From Rebecca billardiae RCC1528 (lineage: Eukaryota; Protista; Haptophyta), in assembly GCA_965240325.2 (NCBI GenBank), contig OZ251233.1, forward strand, positions 744,001 through 808,000: DNA of 64,000 nt, written 5' to 3'. Below, one piece after another: positions 57,786-64,000 of this stretch. The translations under genes were made by a program, and so were the position numbers. Below the pieces are notes generated by a model. The model had not been told where the DNA came from and ran no database searches. It saw only the letters and a list, made by a program, of their open reading frames with translations. Numbering within the stretch: position 1 is the first letter of the stretch; each line of letters begins with the position of its first letter.

Positions 57786-58931
57786 CTATGCGGAGCCACG
57801 CCCATTGGCACTGACGCCGTACTTGCTCAGCTCGAGCATCGCCTCTCCCGTTTGCGCCTGCGCGCGCGTGCACGCACGCGCGTCCGCGCGCGGGCGCGCG
57901 CGTGAGTGAGAGCTCGGCAGCTCGTCCGGCGACAAGAAGCGCAGGGCGCGCTCTCGCTGGCCTGCCTGCGGCGCGCAGAGCGGCGCGCACCTGCAGCTGG
58001 CGCAGCTCCTCGTTGCCGCTCTCGCGGGTGCCCCCGCCCGCACCTGCAACGCCGGCTGCGGCGCGAAGCGGGCGCGCCCGTGGGGAACCGCCGAGTGAGG
58101 GCGTGCGCTCGCCGTGCTCGCAGATGCTTCACCTCCGGCGCGCGCGCAGCCGAGCGCGCGCGCGCGCACGCGCGCACCTGGGTTGCCGTGCCGGAGGATG
58201 GAGACGGCCTCCATGTTGAGCGCGCAGACGCCGCGCATGAAGGCGCGCTTCAGCTCCTCCTCGAGCGCGTCGCGCTGCTCCACGCCGATGCGTATCTGCT
58301 CCTTCGCCTGCTGCAGCTGCTGCGTGAGCACCTCGACCTGACGGCCGTGCTCGCCCTCCTGCAGCGTGCGCGCGTCCTCGAGCTGCCCGCGCCAGTACGC
58401 CTCGACGCGGCCGATCCGGCTCGCGCGCGCGGCGGTGCGCCAGCCACCGACCACCTTGCGCGCGATGTTGCGCGCAAAGTGCGACTCTGGCATCGACGCG
58501 AACCTCCGCTCGCGCCGGCCGAGTGTCACGTACCGCACCCACTGCCGATAGACGACGCGGCACAGGCGGATGCCGTCGAGCACGCGGTACCGGCTGCCCG
58601 CCTGGCCGGCGAGGTTCATCATCTTGTGCGCCGCCGTGTCGACGGCGTGGCGCTGATCGCGCGCCTTCACCTCGAGGAAGCGTATGCGCTCCTGCTTCTC
58701 CTCGAGCGTCGCCTGGAATTGCTGCCGCTCGGCGTTGAGCTGCGCCGTCAGCCGCGCAAAGGCATCGGTCTGCAGGGCCGTGACAGCCTGCGCCACGCGC
58801 GCCCTGAGGCGCTCCGTCTCCATCTCAACAACATCGAGCAGCGGCTGCGTGTTCAGCGCCGGCGCCGCGGCGGCCGCGGCAGCCACCCCCCTGCCGCCCT
58901 CCCCCCGGCCGCCACCCGCGCTTGAACTCAT
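57786..58931 (-). CDS. POC5: Centriolar protein POC5 homolog, 3 exons
   Basis: Signature EEELKRAFMRGVCALNMEAV, W-containing centrin-binding repeats (VYRQWVR, KVVGGWR) and coiled coils. Introns 58044-58177 and 57858-57990. Confidence 0.85.
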   Translation of the reverse strand: MSSSAGGGRGEGGRGVAAAAAAAPALNTQPLLDVVEMETERLRARVAQAVTALQTDAFARLTAQLNAERQQFQATLEEKQERIRFLEVKARDQRHAVDTAAHKMMNLAGQAGSRYRVLDGIRLCRVVYRQWVRYVTLGRRERRFASMPESHFARNIARKVVGGWRTAARASRIGRVEAYWRGQLEDARTLQEGEHGRQVEVLTQQLQQAKEQIRIGVEQRDALEEELKRAFMRGVCALNMEAVSILRHGNPGARVRARALGCARAGGEASASTASARPHSAVPHGRARFAPQPALQVRAGAPARAATRSCASCRCAPLCAPQAGQRERALRFLSPDELPSSHSRARPRADARACTRAQAQTGEAMLELSKYGVSANGRGSA

Positions 58932-59111
58932 GGCCGCGCTGCTTGCGAGCTCGAAGCGCTCCCGCTTTGGCCAACGGCAGGCTTCGCAGCCGCGCAGTCC
59001 GGACCGGCCGGGTAGCTGCACGGTTTCCGGATCCAGTGCGGGGCGCTGGGGCTCTGCCCTCCGCCGACGACAGGCAGCCCTGCACTCACCGCCCGCCGCC
59101 GGCGCCACCAA

Positions 59112-60032
59112 ATGAACGGGCGCGACGGCGCAGACGATAGCGCGCAACGCGCGGCCGAAGCCCTGGTGCAGGGCATCGGCGCGGCGATGGGTATCGCCAT
59201 GCCTGGCGGCGGCGGCCCCGGACACAATTTTGTCGACGGTCGGGACGACAATATGCCGCCGTCGATGGACGCGATCGCCTCGGCCTTCCTCAACTCGCTG
59301 CAGACGAACGAGATGCCCGCCGACCTGCGCGATCTCCTCGGTGGCGTCTTCGCAAACGTCAACGTGCCCGAAGCGGGCCCGCCGCCGCGCGCGAGCCGCG
59401 AGGCCATCGAGGGCCTCGAGGCGATTGATGCGAGCGAGGCGGATGAGAACGAATGCACCATCTGCCTGTCTCATTTTGAGGCGGGCGAGCGGCTGAAGAG
59501 GTTGCCGTGCAAGCACGCGTTCCACGGGGCGTGTGTCGTCCCCTGGCTCGAGCGGCACGCCACCTGCCCTGTGTGCCGGCACGCGCTCCCGACGGAGCGT
59601 CCGTCGGCGCGTTCGTTCTTCGACATGCCGAGGCCCGCGGCGGCGGCGCCGCCGCCGCCACCGCCGCCTGCACCCGAGGATCTGGGTGCGCTCCCCGTCC
59701 GCGAGCTCAAGCGGCGCCTCGACGCTCTCGGAGTCGACTACCGTGGCGTCATCGAACGATCCGAGCTCGTCGCACTGCTTCGCGAGCACAGCCCGCCGAA
59801 CGACGGCCCAGCTGCGAGTAGCGGCGCAGGCGATGGCGCGGGCGGCGGCCCGCCTAGCGGCGCATCCGGAGCGGCTCAGGACACGCGCGGCACACACGGC
59901 GACCGTGCTGGCAGCAGCGGCAGCGGCTTCTCGCTCGCGTCTCTCATGCGCATGGCGGCAGAATCGCAAATGGCGGCAGAGGAGGAGCGCCTCTTCCAAG
60001 AGGCTCTTCGCCGTTCTGTACAGGATCAGTGA
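59112..60032 (+). CDS. RING-H2 E3 ubiquitin ligase with SAP/ARMET-C-like module and C-terminal UIM-like helix
   Basis: PPRAS..AIE.L, CTICLSHF....KRLPCKHAFHGACVVPWLERHATCPVCR, LPVRELKRRLDALGVDYRGVIERSELVALL, EEERLFQEALRRS. Confidence 0.92.
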   Translation: MNGRDGADDSAQRAAEALVQGIGAAMGIAMPGGGGPGHNFVDGRDDNMPPSMDAIASAFLNSLQTNEMPADLRDLLGGVFANVNVPEAGPPPRASREAIEGLEAIDASEADENECTICLSHFEAGERLKRLPCKHAFHGACVVPWLERHATCPVCRHALPTERPSARSFFDMPRPAAAAPPPPPPPAPEDLGALPVRELKRRLDALGVDYRGVIERSELVALLREHSPPNDGPAASSGAGDGAGGGPPSGASGAAQDTRGTHGDRAGSSGSGFSLASLMRMAAESQMAAEEERLFQEALRRSVQDQ

Positions 60033-60448
60033 CGAACTACTCCGAAGCCGGCCAAGCGGCGGACGTCGCCACGTCGGGCCCGGCCCAGGCCAGTCGGCCA
60101 CAGGCTGCGCGGGCCCGGCCACGGGTACTCGTGGGTCGAGGCCCACGTCATGCAGCGTCGGATGCTGGGTAGGCTATCACTCAAATAAGTGTGCCGCGAG
60201 GGTCCCCGGGCGACCATATCATTCATCAATCATCAACTATCGTCGAAACGCTGGGGGCTCCGGGCCCCGGCCGGCCCGGGGCAGAGTGAGTCAGACCGTG
60301 GCCGCGGGCAAAATTGCCAGCAGCCCCCAAAAGGATTCGCGGGCTCCGCTCCGATCGACACGGGCTCGTGGCGGCTCAGGCTGCCGGAGCAAGCGTCTGG
60401 CGCAAGCACGCGCGGGGCGCCGACAAGCCCGGCGGCGAGGCCGGCAGC

Positions 60449-63123
60449 TTAGTCGCTCGTGTCCTGGCCGATGGCCTTGAAGTCGAGCGGCACGAAGCGG
60501 ATGCCGTCGCCCATGTAGAACTTGCCCTGGAACTCGACCCACTGCAGACGCAGCGCGTGCAGGAACGACGAGAGGTTCTCCATGACCATCAGCACCATGA
60601 ACGAGAGGCAGATCCACATGATCACGGACACCCACGTCACCACCGGGTTGCCCGGCGCGACGCCGAGCGCGCCCATCACCTGCGAGCACACACACAAGCG
60701 GCCGCGCGCAAGCGTGAGCGGAGGCGTGCGTGCGCTGCGGCGCGCGGGCGCGCGGGCGCGCGCGCGTTGCAGCGCGCGCGCGCGTGCACCATGATGTCCT
60801 CCCAGAAGAGCTCCGAGAGCTGCGAGTGCGCGAGCGAGAGGGCCCACAGACGGAGGTACGAGGCGGTGTTCGAGATCGAGCCGAGCACGAACTCGATCGT
60901 GTGGATCGCCTGGTGCACGAACACGTCGCCGAAGGAGAACTCGTGCTCGCCCTCGTCGTCGGCGGCCGCCTCCTTGGACTCATCGTCGCCCTCCTCGACC
61001 ATCTGCTTGTACGACTCCTTCTTCTTCTGCGCGGCCTCGTGCTCCCACTTCTCGAGGAAGGGGATGGGGAAGAGGAGCAGGGGCACGGACACGAGCGCGA
61101 CGAGGATGATCGCCTGCTCCACGTTCGCCTGCCCCTCGAAGAGCAACAGGTCCTTGTTCTCGGGCAGCGCGACCGAGCCGGGCGACATGAACATGTTGAT
61201 GAGCGTCGTGAGCAGCGACGGCGCCGGCTTGGCGAGGCCGACCCAGTCGACGGACCACTTGTAGAAGATGAGGAAGACGAGGTAGCCGAAGATGGAGCCG
61301 AAGAAGCCGAGCTCGGGCAGGAACTGGAACACCACCTTCTTCCAGTTCTTGTACTCGAGGTGGTTGAGCAGCGAGAGCATGATGCCAAACGACATCTGCA
61401 GCACGCCGATGATGATCGAGATCTTCATCTTGTACGAGTTGAAGAAGGAGATCTTGTTGGTGGCGTGGTGCCACGAGGGGTCGATGCCGAAGAGGACGGG
61501 GCCGTTCTCGACGACCATCGTCTCCGTCGCCCAGTCGAAGCGCGAGCCCCAGATGCCCATCGGGCACGCGAAGATCTCGTTGTACAGCAGGCCGACGTAC
61601 ATGCCAAAGCAGCCGTTGAGGAAGATCACGTACCGGCCGCCGTAGCACATCTCGACGAGGTCGTCGAGCTTCTTGCCCTCGAACTTCTCCTCGTTCTTGA
61701 TCATGTACAGGCCGAAGAGCATCAGCAGCATGCCGTGCCCAAAGTCGCCGAACATGATGCCGAAGAGGAAGGGGAAGAGGATGACGGCGAACGCGCCGGC
61801 GTTGACCTCGCGGTAGCGCGGCGTGCCGTACGTGTTCACGAGCGCCTGGAAGCCCGCGCAGAACTTGTTGATGGGGAGGTGCGTGGGCGGGGTGGCCTTC
61901 GTCTCGATGAGGTTGAGCACGGGCTTCGTCTCCACGCCCGCCTTCGCCGTCGCCATCGAGAGCACGCGCCAGACCTCGTACACGTCCTTGGACGGCACCC
62001 ACGCGTCGGCGACAAAGACCTTGCGGCGCACGTCGTAGTCAAACTTGTTGAACGTGTCGTAGATCATCTTCTCCTTGGAGAGCTGGAAGTTCCACGAGCC
62101 GTAGTGCTTGCCCACCTCCGTCAGCATCGACTTCTTCATCTCCGCCGTCGTGCGCAGGATCTCCGCCGACTCCTCGAGCCGCTTGTCCACCTCCGCCGTC
62201 ATCGTCGCCTTGTCGGCGGCCATGTCGGGGTAGGCGTAGAGCGTGCCGCCAAAGTAGGTGGCGATCTTCGAGATCTTGCTCTTGAGCATCTCGCCCGCGA
62301 CGAAGATCTGCGCGCGGTGTGCGTGCGGCGCGCGGCGCGAGGGCGGCACGCGGTGAGCGTCGGGCGCGCGCGCACGCGCCGCGCCGCGCGCCGCGCGCCG
62401 CGCGCCGCGCGGGCTCGGCGACGCTGCGGGCTCCGAGCGCAGCCGCGGCGCACGCACCATGAAGAAGTCCTTCTCGACCTCGTGCTTCTCGTGCGTCTTG
62501 AGGTCGTAGTCGTGGAGGACCTCGTCGATCGGCTTCGAGTTCACGATCGCGTTGCCGCGCGTCGAGCGGAACACCACGCGCTGGAACGACTGCATCGACA
62601 TGCGCGGCATCACGCCGGCGACGTACGAGAGCATCGTCGTCGCCGTCGCCGACGCAAAGTCGGTGATCTCGAGCTCGCCGGCCGAGATGCCCTCGACGGC
62701 GGAGCCCGGGGCCTGGGCGGCGTAGATCTTGCCGCCCAGGTCGAGCACGTACTTCTGCTCGCGCAGCGCGTTGTGGTTCTTGAGCAGCACCATCTCCTGC
62801 TGCGTCATGTGATCGAGCTCCTCCTCCTTCTCCGAGAGCATCGCCGCGAGCGCCTCCGTGGAGGACACCTCGCTCGTGTCCTCGGAGACCGGCACGCCCG
62901 ACTCATCGAGAGCGTCCTTGAGCGCTTTGAGCTTGCGGCCCGTCTCCTCAGCGTGCTTCACCTCCTCGGTGAACGCGCGCTTGTGGAATGGCTGGCCCGC
63001 GTTGAGGTCGCGGAACTCCACCAGGCCACACTCGCCAAAGGCCTCCACGACCGAGTGCGCAGCGTCGTTCTGCACGATCATCTGCACCAGCTGCATCTTC
63101 TCGGAGCGGAAGATCGTCCCCAT
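60449..63123 (-). CDS. ATP6V0A: V-type proton ATPase V0 subunit a, 3 exons
   Basis: [106 protein letters not shown]. Introns 62308-62457 and 60680-60789. Confidence 0.97.
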
Positions 63124-63450
63124 GGCTGCAGACGCCCCCCTGGGCCCTCGCGCTGCGCGGTGCTGCTCTCCACCACCACCACCTTCGGCACTCCGATGAA
63201 GGCCGAGTGATTGCGGGGTCTGCAGTGCAGCGCGGGCAGGCCTGCCCGGGCGGGGCCGCAGCGAGGGTATCGGGCGAAAGTCCGGGAGGTCCCGAATCCC
63301 GCGCTGCCCAAGGGCTTGGTCCGGGTGGACCTCCTGAGTCCGGGAACTGGGCAGCCGCCATCGTCGCAGCTTGGCTTGCAGCGGTTTTTTAGTCTTGCAG
63401 CGGCGCAGGCAGTTGCACGCACTCGACCGGCGGGGTCGCGAAGCGTGACC

Positions 63451-63922
63451 ATGGCCGTGCGCGATGTCGTCAAGATGTGCGACATGCCCGAAGAAATGGA
63501 GCAAGGTACGCGCGTCCGATTGCTCCGCACGCCAAGTCCCGGCGAGCGCAGCGCCGTTTGGCAGCGGCTGAACGCGCCGCGCCCGCTGTCGCTGTGACCG
63601 CCCGCGCAGATGCCATTGAGGTGGGAGGCAGGGGCCTCGACGAGCTCAACTCGGAGAAAGAGGTTGCACAATATCTCCGCTCGTACTTTGTCAACAAGGT
63701 GCGAGCACGTGCGCACCGCGCATCGCTGCCGGCCGCCGCTGATCAGAGCGCGTCGTGCGCGCTTCGCTCTGGCGGCCGGCGTTGTGTGCATGTGCGCAGT
63801 ATGGGGGCGTGTGGCACTGCATCGTTGGGCGCAACTTTGGCTCGTTCGTGACGCACGAAGCAAAACACCAGATCTACTTCTACAGGGGACAAACAGCGAT
63901 CTTGCTCTTCAAAACGGGCTGA
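63451..63922 (+). CDS. Dynein light chain LC8-type (DYNLL family), 3 exons
   Basis: Spliced product (introns 63506-63609, 63699-63799): [88 protein letters not shown]. It contains the LC8 signature [15 protein letters not shown]. Confidence 0.93.
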
Positions 63923-64000
63923 CACGACAGCGGCTCGCACACATGGGGTGTGTTGAAGCTCGCCGAGTCCACGGCAGGCCTCGCTTCTCGCCGGTCCGGG

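Noticed and set aside
13444-62457. Enrichment of 3n introns
   Set aside because: 6 of 16 is about the one-third expected by chance.

Overview
Eukaryotic nuclear DNA, very GC-rich and gene-dense. It has short GC-rich GT-AG introns (5' GTGCG/GTACG, 3' GCGCAG) and Ala/Gly/Pro-expanded proteins. The style suggests a microalga, possibly a Pavlovales-type haptophyte (inference, not verified). About 24 protein genes are supportable. They include TRRAP/Tra1 (7 exons, 13386-28578), V-ATPase subunit a, POC5, an LC8 dynein light chain not recovered intact by the ORF track, Hsp33, a TUG/PUX1-like protein with an extra PUB domain, an HI0933 flavoprotein, a NIPA Mg transporter, a glutathionyl-hydroquinone reductase, a METTL21-type methyltransferase, a two-lobed retropepsin-like protease, PX, RRM, RING-H2, sulfotransferase, DUF676 and HXXXD-acyltransferase genes, and a few orphans. 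Many genes form divergent pairs separated by only ~60-390 bp. Non-coding highlights: (1) a 4.4-kb repeat complex (28.9-33.3 kb) with a ~360-bp inverted repeat, a 157-bp tandem array, a duplicated ~600-bp core and a 22-bp satellite that flips orientation, resembling a foldback element; (2) two identical 95-bp TA-CAGT termini in inverted orientation around two genes, one followed by stacked CAGTA footprint-like units; (3) a recurring, compositionally distinct intergenic module at gene 3' ends. I recognised no rRNA, tRNA, CRISPR array or intact transposase. Most long ORFs in the track are antisense or off-frame artefacts of high GC.
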